IMG/VR virus record: IMGVR_UViG_3300018080_000014
Location: 24,647-88,646 of that record
DNA: 64,000 nt
Strand: one strand, 5' to 3'
Source of the DNA: a virus
Under the pieces are notes generated by a model. It was not told the DNA's origin. It made no database searches and saw only the letters and a program-made list of their open reading frames with translations. Positions 49,215 through 58,715 of this stretch are shown here, piece by piece. The position numbers and the translations under genes are program-made. The stretch's first letter is position 1; each line of letters starts with the position of its first letter.

Positions 49215-50398
49215 TGGGAAAAAGCGTGTTTGCGAGCGGGACCGCGCCAAGTACAAAGGCGAAAAACCCAGAGATGAATGCCAGTGAACAAGCATACGTA
49301 AACACACAAGTCATGACACGCCCCATAGAATTCCAGCCAATCACGGACGAGGAAGGAAACTATATCGATGCAGCGGAAGGTATTAACGTCACGTTCCGTG
49401 GCAAGCAGAAGTTTGGCAAGACGCTGAACGGGTTGCTATGGGGGTACTTCAACTCCGAGTACAAGAGCCAGCTGCGAGCGATGAACCTTGATCATGCCAT
49501 CGAGGTAATGGACCAAGGTGTACTTCCAGAAATAGAGTACATCATTGCCATAGATACCGAGTGTGATATAAAGGCGAATCTTCGACGTGGAAAGATGAAG
49601 CAATTGTGTGGGAAACTCCGCAAGAAGATCAAGCACGTGCCCACGCCACTTCAACGAAAAGTTGAAGGGATGAAGGATGGCAAGGCCGTGACGCTCAACG
49701 CATTGGAGATAGATGCTCAACGCCAGAACATAGAAGCTGCAATCTGGAAAGCCGTGGACACGTTCGGGGAAAACGTCATGATATTCTTCGATTCGGCAAG
49801 CGACTACAAGAAAGCACTTGATGATCTCTCCGACGTGGTGTTCAAGAAAACGGTGAAGACGAGCATGAGTCCTGCGAAAGGAAAGCAGGATACGGAGAAC
49901 GATCCATTCTGGCGTTCCTTTTACCAGTACCGCAACAAGTGGTGGCACAATTCGCTCATCAAGTTGAAATCGTTCCAAGGATGGTGCATCAGTACCATCA
50001 AGGAAGAGGATGTTGAAGAGGAATACCGCGTCGTGTTGGACAAGAACACGAAGAAACCAGTCCTCGATGAAAATGGCAATCAAATCTTCAAGCCTCCAAC
50101 GAAGACGCAGGAAGTAGCTCGCACGGCATTCAGGATCGACCAAGGATATTCCTTCCGCGACAGGTTCAACTTGGAAACAGGTGAGTACGAGCACTGCCTG
50201 AGATGGGACTGGGGAAAGTGGGAGCATCCCGGCGTGAAATCGTTTGACAGGATAGGCAACGACTGGAAACAGGAGCACAAGTGTTACGTGCCGTACCATT
50301 ACAACCACCGTCTCGCGATGATGGAAATCTTGAATGATCTCGGTCCTTCCATCTTAGGTGAATTGGAAGAAGGAAAAACTGATGATGATTTATGGTAA
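49214..50398 (+). CDS. RecA-fold/Sak4-like P-loop ATPase
   Basis: GKQKFGKT, IAIDTE, IFFDS. Confidence 0.65.
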   Translation: MGKSVFASGTAPSTKAKNPEMNASEQAYVNTQVMTRPIEFQPITDEEGNYIDAAEGINVTFRGKQKFGKTLNGLLWGYFNSEYKSQLRAMNLDHAIEVMDQGVLPEIEYIIAIDTECDIKANLRRGKMKQLCGKLRKKIKHVPTPLQRKVEGMKDGKAVTLNALEIDAQRQNIEAAIWKAVDTFGENVMIFFDSASDYKKALDDLSDVVFKKTVKTSMSPAKGKQDTENDPFWRSFYQYRNKWWHNSLIKLKSFQGWCISTIKEEDVEEEYRVVLDKNTKKPVLDENGNQIFKPPTKTQEVARTAFRIDQGYSFRDRFNLETGEYEHCLRWDWGKWEHPGVKSFDRIGNDWKQEHKCYVPYHYNHRLAMMEILNDLGPSILGELEEGKTDDDLW

Positions 50399-50604
50399 GC
50401 CCGTTGAACGAGAATGATGCGATTGCGCTGGATATTATTTCCACTTATGGGCCAGTATGTAAGAGCGATGCGCCACAATATGGAATGCCAGCAACAACTT
50501 TCCAAAATCATGCAAAGAAGCTGGAAAGATTGGGAATTGTCAAGTCATTCAAGTTGCCACAAGCAGGGCGCGGATCGCCAAAAACAATGTACGAGGTAAA
50601 ATAA
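50392..50604 (+). CDS. Small winged-HTH protein
   Basis: MPATTFQNHAKKLERLGIV...GRGSPKTMY. Confidence 0.7.
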   Translation: MVSPLNENDAIALDIISTYGPVCKSDAPQYGMPATTFQNHAKKLERLGIVKSFKLPQAGRGSPKTMYEVK

Positions 50605-51522
50605 ATGCCACGGTTTAACACGGATAAGAATACGCTGGAAACCTTTGTCAATGCTATCAAGTGCGAAGGTATTACCAGCGTGGATAGTGACAAGGTAAAG
50701 AGCGGCACTCTCTTCAACGATTTTGTGCTCGACGTGAAGGAAGATGCCGTGTATTGTAATGCCACGGATACCAAGTCACACAAGGTAATAGCACAGCACG
50801 TGCTGAAAGACGTGGAGATAGTCGAAGAAGGTGAGATATACGTCACCGATACCGGAAACTTCGTCAAGGCAATGGACAGGTGTGGCGGTGGTAAAGGTGA
50901 CAGGATTTCAGTCTTGTATCCAGACGAGTACAACGGGATAACCATTCAGAGAATGGGGACAAAGACCGCGTTCTCCTTCCCGACGCAGGGAAAGAAGGAC
51001 GTGACGTCACTGGAAAGGACAACAAACATACCACATGTGTGGGACGACGAAGCAAAGAACGTGCTATCGACATCGGCAAAGAGCGGAAAAAGTTTTCACT
51101 GGCAGCACAAGCTTATAGCTGACCCGGATGACCTCGCGGAGATTGCCAAGGACATGAAGGATTTTGTCAAGCAAAAAGTGGTCACCATGACAATATCCAA
51201 TGGAGAAGTGCTGTTCAATCTTGGAAATATATCTTCCACGAAGAAAGGAAAGCGGCAACTATTCGCAAGCGTGAGACAGGAATTCAAGGATGGAAAATGG
51301 ATGCCAGCCGAGGAAGGTGCAGAAGACATAGTCAGCAACTACTACCACGGGTTCTACGCGGTGATACAGAACATACCATCAAAGCAGCCAATGGAACTAT
51401 ACTTTGGCAAGTTTGGAAATGGATACATGGTTTGGATCAGGAGCTTTAGCAGCAAGATGGATCTTCATTACTTGGTTCCCCACGACGCGGGGCTAGAACC
51501 AAAGAAAGAGACCAAGAGTTGA
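50605..51522 (+). CDS. Divergent PCNA-like sliding clamp
   Basis: Clamp-like pattern (LDVKEDAVYCNATD, EGEIYV...FVKAM...DRISV, second domain DLAEIAKDM...VTMTI); context of RFC and PolB. Confidence 0.7.
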   Translation: MPRFNTDKNTLETFVNAIKCEGITSVDSDKVKSGTLFNDFVLDVKEDAVYCNATDTKSHKVIAQHVLKDVEIVEEGEIYVTDTGNFVKAMDRCGGGKGDRISVLYPDEYNGITIQRMGTKTAFSFPTQGKKDVTSLERTTNIPHVWDDEAKNVLSTSAKSGKSFHWQHKLIADPDDLAEIAKDMKDFVKQKVVTMTISNGEVLFNLGNISSTKKGKRQLFASVRQEFKDGKWMPAEEGAEDIVSNYYHGFYAVIQNIPSKQPMELYFGKFGNGYMVWIRSFSSKMDLHYLVPHDAGLEPKKETKS

Positions 51523-51892
51523 ACATCTCCAACGCCCCGAGGAGAATAAATAAAAGGGGCGCCCACATAGGGCATGCACCAGAAACCATCAAAATCACAC
51601 ACCCTTTATCCATTTGGATTGTAAGCTTCATCCCGCAAACATTTCCCACGCTACTTTTGATGGCTGGATAGCATGGTAAAAGTAATGCTGGTCTTCAAGC
51701 AGAAGACACTTTCAAAGGAACAGGTCATGTCTGGCATGACCGTGGAAAAAAGCACGAACGTTGAATTAACCATAACTATACCAGATGGAATGAAACTTTC
51801 CAAGGTCATTACCGACAAGGAAGTGGTGGACATGACACTACGAGAAAAGCGGCCGCCACTAAAACCAGTGAAATTACCACCATTAAAACCAA

Positions 51893-52059
51893 TGCAGGGT
51901 AGGGAAGCAGATAACCCGCGAGGCTCATAACCGCTTCCACGTCCGGCCCACAGGTTGGGAACTTCGTGGCACGAATGATCGGCAGCTCATTGGATAATGA
52001 TGCCGATTGAGTGGCGGAGAGAGACCTTGAGATCGGTGGTGCAACTCCACCCCCTGCAA
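51893..52059 (+). tRNA. tRNA-Met(CAT), initiator-like, with 94-nt intron at 37/38
   Basis: Acceptor TGCAGGG/CCCTGCA, D stem GGG/CCC, anticodon stem CGAGG/CCTTG, loop CT-CAT-A|A, T arm GGTGG-TGCAACT-CCACC; intron 51930-52023 with relaxed BHB; CCA not encoded. Confidence 0.8.
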
Positions 52060-52253
52060 CTTTAAAATGGTGATAAACATGGGATTATTCGGTTGTAAAA
52101 ATTGGGAACCAAAGAAATGTGTTCGATGCGGTGCTGCTTGGGGCATGTCAGATTGCTTCGAGCGGATAGATTTTGCCAGCAAGGAAGAAGCCGAGGCTTT
52201 CTACAAGTCAAAAGGTGGCAAGGGAGCATCTGAACCGATGAAGGTGTGATGAA

Positions 52254-52403
52254 ATGATACAAGTTGAATGCCCCGAATGCGGGATTGACATGGAATTATT
52301 GCATCCTCCAAGTGATCACTTGTTCGAGTGCGTAGCATGTGGCAGGCGATACAGCATGAACAAGATGACTCGCGAGCTTGTAATGGTAAAGGGTGCGGAT
52401 TAG
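52254..52403 (+). CDS. Zn-ribbon microprotein (49 aa)
   Basis: MIQVECPECG...FECVACG. Confidence 0.55.
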   Translation: MIQVECPECGIDMELLHPPSDHLFECVACGRRYSMNKMTRELVMVKGAD

Positions 52404-52407
52404 GTGA

Positions 52408-52842
52408 GTGTACATGCGAACAATATGCCTATCAACATCGACAACGCTGGATCACGAGAAGATCCGGCCATTATACGAGAAAATCATTAGTGCCAATAGG
52501 AGGTGCGCGTTCTTCATTGACCGCACGAACCCCGTGCTCGAAGAAATGATAAAGAAATACAGGTGTCGCAAGATGCGGTTTCATCTCCAGCGAGCACTCA
52601 TGCGAGCTCGTGCAGCGTATGCTGATAGGGCAAAAAGAATCGTGGAGAAGGCCCAATCTTGTTATTGCGTGGTTGATAGCAAGGACAAGTATGCGGGACC
52701 AGTAGAAATAGCAGTGGAATTTATGGAAAGACATCCAGATCTCCACATAGAAATATATTTTGTTACTGGAGGAGAATGGAAACAGGTAACGATGCGAGAA
52801 GCGAGGAAAGGTACTCCATGGGATACGTTCCTATCCAAATAG
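52408..52842 (+). CDS. Possible SLOG/YspA-like Rossmannoid protein
   Basis: R...IVEKA..CYCVVDSK...GP pattern loosely matches the SLOG C-terminal motif. Confidence 0.35.
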   Translation: MYMRTICLSTSTTLDHEKIRPLYEKIISANRRCAFFIDRTNPVLEEMIKKYRCRKMRFHLQRALMRARAAYADRAKRIVEKAQSCYCVVDSKDKYAGPVEIAVEFMERHPDLHIEIYFVTGGEWKQVTMREARKGTPWDTFLSK

Positions 52843-55800
52843 AGAACGCCGATTACTCGGAAGAGATCGGCGAGGCAGTGCTACACATTACTGGATACGC
52901 CCGAGATGGGAGTAGGCACTATGTTGTCATACATGGAGAAGGCATCTATCCTTCTTTTGGTGTTCCATACGAGGAATTCTGGCTCATAAAGGATGACCCG
53001 AGGATAGTGGATTACTGGCGCGGACCTGATTCACCACTCGGTGAGCCCGTCATGGAAGTGAGGACGAAATTGCCAAGCGATATAGGAACGGGACAGGATG
53101 CGCTTCGCAATTACACGTCGCACTCGTACCAAGGGGACATCAAGTACTTCAAGAAATGCCTCACGCAGCTCGGGTTCTTTAACGGGTATTTCCAGTATGA
53201 TGATGCATACTTGGAGCATGATAAAATAGCATATCATCATCCCGCATTCAAGGTGCATGCGCATGTTCACACGGATCACGTCAAGCCATTACCAGATAGC
53301 GAGCGGTTCTTTGCCCAGAAAACAAAGGTGTACTGGGACACGGAATGGGACATGAGCGAGCTCAAGAACGAGTATGGTGAATTCAGGGGCTCGCAGCTGG
53401 ATAAAAACCATGATTGGAAACGTAGCAGGATGATAACCGTGGTATTTTATGAGTTTAAATACCAGAAATATGTCGCGTTTACATGGCATCCCCTGCTCAG
53501 GAAGGAAGTACACGACATGGAGGATTACATCAGCAGGATTGACGAGAAAATCCGCAACAAGATAAACATTCCTGAAAAATATACCAGTGAAGTAAACGGG
53601 TTCTTGGATGAAAGCACCATGTTCGATGCTATCATCGAGTACCTGCACGTGGTATCACCTGGATGCTTGCTTGGTTATAATTCGGCTGGTGGTATACATG
53701 GCAAGGGTGATGACAAGCACTGGATAAACGGGTTCGACATGCCGTATTTCTTTCTAAGGGCCGAGCATCTCAAGAAGCCAGTAAACAGGTTGAGCCCCAT
53801 GGGATCGGCGTACAAGCAATTCAGGAAAGGATGGGAGGAATTCTTCGTTAACATAAAGCTGGTGACGCAGTTCGATTTGTGGCATTCTGCCGAGTTTTTT
53901 GATATAACGTGGAAAGACTACTGGATAAAGAACAAGAAGCTTGACACGTTAATGTACAATTACTTGGGTATAGGGAAGGTAAAACATATAGGGCACGTAT
54001 GGGAACAGTGGCTGGAAGATCCATATCACGAGCGATATTATTGTACGGGTGATGTGGAGGGCACGTTCGCGCTGGATGTCATGTTTAACATGAGCGAGGA
54101 TGGATACAATAGGGCCATGATGTCTGGCACAGTGTGGGAAGATTACCAGTTCGCATCAAAGCTGCACGACCAAATCAACCTTCGCCTGTACAAGGACTTG
54201 TATTTCTTGGACACTAAGTGGCAAAAGGTAAGGGATATTGCCACGGGACACAAGATAAAAACGGAAGAACACGAGCATGGTATAAGGTGGAGACGTGACT
54301 GGATTACCAACCACATAGGAATAGAAGTGGAAAAGAAAGGTGGATACGTACCTGTACCAATCATAGGATTGCATGAAGGCGTCGTGGTGATAGACTTCAA
54401 CAAGTTCTATCCAAATTCCGCCATGGCTGCCAACTGTGGTCCAGAAACATTCGTTAACGTCAAGAAGCTCCGGTTCAAGAAGGCCGACACTGATATTTAT
54501 GGCGATGCAGAAGGTGTCAGGATACGCATTCCGAACATGGGAATAGAAGTGGTGGAACTTCGCCCCTTTCTCAGGCGGGAAATCGAGGATTGGGAGGAAG
54601 AAATGCGAAAGGCGCGTGCTGCCGTGGGGAATAACGTGTATGATCTCCACGAGTATTTCAAGAACGAGCTGATAGAATGGAAAGAAGTTGCGCATGATTG
54701 GAATGATTTGAACAGGACACCATCTGGATTCTTCTTGAAGACACCAACGGCAAAGAATACGATTGCTTTCGAGGAATTGCTGCGAAAGAGAAAGGAAATG
54801 CAGAAGCTTGCCAAGGATAGGCTTGCTGAGGTTGGTGATAAGAATGATTGGATGTACAAGGTATATGATTTACTCCAGTTTTCATTCAAGGGTCTAACCA
54901 ATGCGCGGTTTGGTATCACTGGAATGATGGCGGATAGGTTATACATGCTTCCAATATTTAATACGTTCACGCTTGTCGCACAAACACTTATCCGGGAATG
55001 CATACGATACATGGAAGAAGATCTTGAATATACCATTGTTGGTGGTGATACTGATAGTGTCTTTATCAAGCTCAAGAAGAAACTGGACCTGAAGCGTGAG
55101 GTTTTGGACAACGGGAGAGAAAGATGGTACTCCGTGGAAGCCGACACGTTGTGTAACATGCTAAACAAGCACGTGTGGGAGCATGCACAGCAGGAGTTCA
55201 ACTTCGACCGCAACACGTTCAACATGGACGTTGAAGATATTAGTGGATATTTTTATATCCATACTAAAAAGCACTACGTCAAGGCCGTGCTGGTTCGTGA
55301 AGGGGTGAAGTTCGATCACCCTGTTCTCATGTGGAAAGGATTGAAGCGTGTTAGCAGGTCAACATCACTCTGTACAGATGATATTCAAGATGCCTTGGGC
55401 GCAATAATCCTAAAGGGTGGCACGCTTGATGATGCCATACAATACATCATGAAGATACACGAGGAGTTCAATAACTACGAGCCAATGTACCTGTGCAAGG
55501 TATTGCCGTTGAAAAGACCACTTAGCAAGTACTCGAAAAACGGGGAAACGTGGAAAGCATACACGCTTGCTAACCAGTATTTCAATGCTGGATATGGCCT
55601 TGGAGCACGTGCGTTTATCGGCAGGCTTAAATATTGCCCGCCCAAGATAAAAGGGAGAAAAGTCAATCCTCAGCTTGGAGATGTCATAGCATTCGATGAG
55701 AGGATGTTGCCTGAAATAAAGGAAGCTGGATTGGTATTTGATTACGATGAATTGGAAGACAAGGCTGCTGCGGCAGCTGCGAATGAGTTACTCGCAAGAT

Positions 55801-55862
55801 TTGATACGTCATATTGGGATGTGCTGGAAGATGTCAGGACATACGACCCTTGGGAATTCTAA
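52776..55862 (+). CDS. polB: Family B DNA polymerase with 3'-5' exonuclease
   Basis: WDTE, GYN...FDMPY, YCTGDV; DFNKFYP, KGLTNARFG, GDTDS, KKHY. Confidence 0.95.
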   Translation: METGNDARSEERYSMGYVPIQIENADYSEEIGEAVLHITGYARDGSRHYVVIHGEGIYPSFGVPYEEFWLIKDDPRIVDYWRGPDSPLGEPVMEVRTKLPSDIGTGQDALRNYTSHSYQGDIKYFKKCLTQLGFFNGYFQYDDAYLEHDKIAYHHPAFKVHAHVHTDHVKPLPDSERFFAQKTKVYWDTEWDMSELKNEYGEFRGSQLDKNHDWKRSRMITVVFYEFKYQKYVAFTWHPLLRKEVHDMEDYISRIDEKIRNKINIPEKYTSEVNGFLDESTMFDAIIEYLHVVSPGCLLGYNSAGGIHGKGDDKHWINGFDMPYFFLRAEHLKKPVNRLSPMGSAYKQFRKGWEEFFVNIKLVTQFDLWHSAEFFDITWKDYWIKNKKLDTLMYNYLGIGKVKHIGHVWEQWLEDPYHERYYCTGDVEGTFALDVMFNMSEDGYNRAMMSGTVWEDYQFASKLHDQINLRLYKDLYFLDTKWQKVRDIATGHKIKTEEHEHGIRWRRDWITNHIGIEVEKKGGYVPVPIIGLHEGVVVIDFNKFYPNSAMAANCGPETFVNVKKLRFKKADTDIYGDAEGVRIRIPNMGIEVVELRPFLRREIEDWEEEMRKARAAVGNNVYDLHEYFKNELIEWKEVAHDWNDLNRTPSGFFLKTPTAKNTIAFEELLRKRKEMQKLAKDRLAEVGDKNDWMYKVYDLLQFSFKGLTNARFGITGMMADRLYMLPIFNTFTLVAQTLIRECIRYMEEDLEYTIVGGDTDSVFIKLKKKLDLKREVLDNGRERWYSVEADTLCNMLNKHVWEHAQQEFNFDRNTFNMDVEDISGYFYIHTKKHYVKAVLVREGVKFDHPVLMWKGLKRVSRSTSLCTDDIQDALGAIILKGGTLDDAIQYIMKIHEEFNNYEPMYLCKVLPLKRPLSKYSKNGETWKAYTLANQYFNAGYGLGARAFIGRLKYCPPKIKGRKVNPQLGDVIAFDERMLPEIKEAGLVFDYDELEDKAAAAAANELLARFDTSYWDVLEDVRTYDPWEF

Positions 55863-55865
55863 GAG

Positions 55866-56468
55866 GTGTACAAAATGCTACAAATGGAAGAACCTGATCC
55901 GGGAAGAATAACCGCGTTCGTGAGTGGTAGTTGGAAGGACAAGGACTTGGTATCAGAAGTCATCCAGTACCTGTGGGATAGAGGCATACATATAACACAT
56001 GACTGGACGAATGACAGGGACATGCTGTGGAGCAATATACAGGTAAGAGAAGCGATAAAGAAGGCAAAATATTTTGTACTCGTCAACGGGCCAGATCCAA
56101 CGCAAGGAAAGGCATGGGAGTGCGGCCTTGCTGATGCGTGGGAAATTCCAATCATCGTGCTCGGTGAGCCAATAACCAACAGCTTCTATTACAGGCCTGT
56201 AATACACGAGAAAATAGATAAGAATACGGATATTGGTGCAGTTGCCGCGGATTGCATCATAGCAGTCGATATGTTTATTTCCCTTAGTGGAATGAACCCC
56301 GGCGAGGCGCTTGAGTATGAATTGGTAAAGAAAGACCCGTACACGTGGAATCTGAAGCGCATGGAACGTGCAGTTGCTAACATGACAAAGGCAATGCTCA
56401 CGATAAATCCAGAAGGTGGGTTGCTCGGTGATCCAGACGGGTTCAAGGACAAAAAGTCCCCTACCTAA
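55866..56468 (+). CDS. Nucleoside 2-deoxyribosyltransferase-like protein
   Basis: FVSG.W, HDW, GKAWECGLA...IPIIVLG. Confidence 0.7.
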   Translation: MYKMLQMEEPDPGRITAFVSGSWKDKDLVSEVIQYLWDRGIHITHDWTNDRDMLWSNIQVREAIKKAKYFVLVNGPDPTQGKAWECGLADAWEIPIIVLGEPITNSFYYRPVIHEKIDKNTDIGAVAADCIIAVDMFISLSGMNPGEALEYELVKKDPYTWNLKRMERAVANMTKAMLTINPEGGLLGDPDGFKDKKSPT

Positions 56469-56527
56469 CTTCGCCGCTACCGGGTGTAATTGAACGATAA
56501 AATGCAGTTTTACGAGATGGGGACACG

Positions 56528-56869
56528 ATGCCACGAGACAAACAAGCAGGAAAAAAATACCTCCAAGACGACTCGACAAAAAAGCTCGGTTCGGTAGATA
56601 ATGTCGAACCACCTCCATGTATACCAGACTTAGCAGGAGTGCCCACTATAGATTGGAGAATATATGTGGATTGTCGAATAAGCAGGTTCGAGTCTGCCAT
56701 AGAATCAATAGCCACACTCTTGGGCAAAAATGCGCACAAGAAAGTAGCAGCAGTGGAAAGGTTGAAAGGAGAATGGCAAAGGGTCCAAGGAGAATACCAA
56801 GATCAAAAACGATACACGGCATTTGGAATGAAAGCGCTGAAATTGCTGGAGGTGCTATGGGATGATTAG
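56528..56869 (+). CDS. Hypothetical protein
   Basis: 113 aa, coupled to the next gene. Confidence 0.55.
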   Translation: MPRDKQAGKKYLQDDSTKKLGSVDNVEPPPCIPDLAGVPTIDWRIYVDCRISRFESAIESIATLLGKNAHKKVAAVERLKGEWQRVQGEYQDQKRYTAFGMKALKLLEVLWDD

Positions 56870-57551
56870 ATGCAGGTTTTGCGACAGGATAATGCGCAGC
56901 GTTTACGAGGACACCGATTCAATCTTGGCAATATGCGATACGCCGGGTTGTCAGAACAATCCAAGAACCAATTACAACAAGCAAGAGGAAGATAAAGGAT
57001 TCGTCAGGCTAACTGACCTGTACCCGCAAGGTCCAGAGGTTTCCCGTGATATTGGTGACAACGTGTTCTTGCTACGATTTTGCGACAGGATAATGCACAT
57101 GGGATTCGCAATGGAACCACAACACTGGGAAGATGCGCATGCACCAATTCTTCCCACATCTCGTGCCATGGAGGAGGCAACGAGAGCAATAGAAAGACGC
57201 ATCGAGGCAGATACCATCAATTGTATTGCTGGAGAGCGGTTCATCGATCCGCCTACCTGTGAACAATGTGATCCCGAGGTAGTGGAGGATGCGCATGATG
57301 ATCTTGTAGACGCACTCGAACATGCGCTGGTGACACCTAGGCAGGAAGAAATGCGTGAACGGGAAACAGAATCACGCAGGTTGCAACCAATGCACTTTTT
57401 CTCATGGAGCCTGTCGGCGCCAGCCATCCGCATGCACAATGGATCGAGGATTTGTATCATGGATTCGCAATACGATCCAAGTCCAGTACGTGGACACAGT
57501 GCAAGGGTTATCATGGATGATGAAGACGAGGAGGATGACGATGACGGGTGA
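56862..57551 (+). CDS. Mosaic protein: Zn ribbon + MCP-like segment + terminase-like motifs
   Basis: Segments align by eye with ORF 17221-17607, MCP ~99-153, and TerL nuclease and Walker B motifs. Confidence 0.7.
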   Translation: MIRCRFCDRIMRSVYEDTDSILAICDTPGCQNNPRTNYNKQEEDKGFVRLTDLYPQGPEVSRDIGDNVFLLRFCDRIMHMGFAMEPQHWEDAHAPILPTSRAMEEATRAIERRIEADTINCIAGERFIDPPTCEQCDPEVVEDAHDDLVDALEHALVTPRQEEMRERETESRRLQPMHFFSWSLSAPAIRMHNGSRICIMDSQYDPSPVRGHSARVIMDDEDEEDDDDG

Positions 57552-57804
57552 CGTGATACGCCTGATAGACCTGTACCCGGAGCTTGGTGATCTCCATGCA
57601 CACGATGACGAGATTATATGCTTCGTTTTCAATGGCAGGACCAAAAGGTTATCATTGGGTAATATCAGGATCTCGCTGTGGATTGGTAACGCCATGTGCC
57701 CTGTACACCACGTGACGTTCGATGACAGGAGGCAGCGTGGCGTGCTAGCGGTGAACGAGACGGAATATGGTCATAGAGGATGTGGATTCGTTGATCAATT
57801 ATAG
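57541..57804 (+). CDS. Hypothetical protein
   Basis: GGAGG SD; VIRLIDLYPE resembles FVRLTDLYPQ in the upstream gene. Confidence 0.5.
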   Translation: MTGDVIRLIDLYPELGDLHAHDDEIICFVFNGRTKRLSLGNIRISLWIGNAMCPVHHVTFDDRRQRGVLAVNETEYGHRGCGFVDQL

Positions 57805-58459
57805 CAGGAATAGCGGAAGGACAACCGCGGCGATGAACGATGCCATAGAAGTGGCAAACACTGGCACGAGGATACGATTCGTATGTTCCAGTACGAAGCA
57901 ATGCAGCTATGCGAGGAGCATGTTAAAACAGGCCGGTAGTGATCCGTTCTTGTCACCATGTGATCGTCCAGAATTTATAGAAATAATCACCGCTAACCAG
58001 CTTGACTATGAATGTAACGTATCTATCCGCCAAGGAATACGAACCATCCTCGATCACCACGTGTGGGAACTGATGGAAGATGGCAAGTTTAGATACCTGC
58101 ACGAGGAAATCATGAAGCATGGAGATTTTTTCGAGTTATTGCTACATCCCGTCGGGTCGCCATACGAGAACGATGCCGATCCAACCATGTGCAGGATGAC
58201 CGACGTGTACAAGGAAGAATGGGAAAAGGAAATAGAGAACGAGATAAGCGAGCTGCGAGTAGAGGATGGTCAGGAAGACATAATAGATGCGATCTCTGAC
58301 AAGTTTGGCATAGAAATATCCATGAACGATACAAACAAATCCGTTTTATCAAAAATGACACGAGTAATGGCATCAACAATGGAAAATTTGGAAATGGCAA
58401 TGAGAGAAATATTTAGAATGGAAAAGCGCATACACGAGTTGGAAAACGATGATAGTTGA
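57767..58459 (+). CDS. Degenerate terminase-ATPase-like domain plus coiled coil
   Basis: SRNSGRTTAA (Walker A with K to R), IRFVCSSTKQ, TILDH. Confidence 0.55.
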   Translation: MVIEDVDSLINYSRNSGRTTAAMNDAIEVANTGTRIRFVCSSTKQCSYARSMLKQAGSDPFLSPCDRPEFIEIITANQLDYECNVSIRQGIRTILDHHVWELMEDGKFRYLHEEIMKHGDFFELLLHPVGSPYENDADPTMCRMTDVYKEEWEKEIENEISELRVEDGQEDIIDAISDKFGIEISMNDTNKSVLSKMTRVMASTMENLEMAMREIFRMEKRIHELENDDS

Positions 58460-58715
58460 AATATTCAACTGGATAGCCTGCGTGATGGCAGTACTTGGTT
58501 CACTCACGCTGGCATGCAAGGCTGATAACATGCGAGGATGGATCATATATACAATAGCAGCAGTGGCAGGAATCATTTATTTTTCCATGACTGGAAACTG
58601 GCCACAGCTTGGAGTCTGGTGCATGTTCCTGTTCAACGACATCCTTGCCATGAGAAGGAAACTGCGAACAAGTAAAGATGATGACGCGCCACGAGTGATG
58701 TGGAAAAAATATTGA
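58449..58715 (+). CDS. Small 3-TM membrane protein (PnuC/SemiSWEET-like size)
   Basis: WIA...AVLG..L......GW pattern; three hydrophobic helices. Confidence 0.5.
   Translation: MIVEIFNWIACVMAVLGSLTLACKADNMRGWIIYTIAAVAGIIYFSMTGNWPQLGVWCMFLFNDILAMRRKLRTSKDDDAPRVMWKKY

Noticed and set aside
51673-51930. 85-aa ORF upstream of the tRNA
   Set aside because: Its 3' end overlaps the tRNA 5' exon; it may be real but is too uncertain to list as a feature.
52776-55862. Intein in PolB or TerL insertions
   Set aside because: Insertions lack the C/S...HN-[CST] splice junction and LAGLIDADG motifs.
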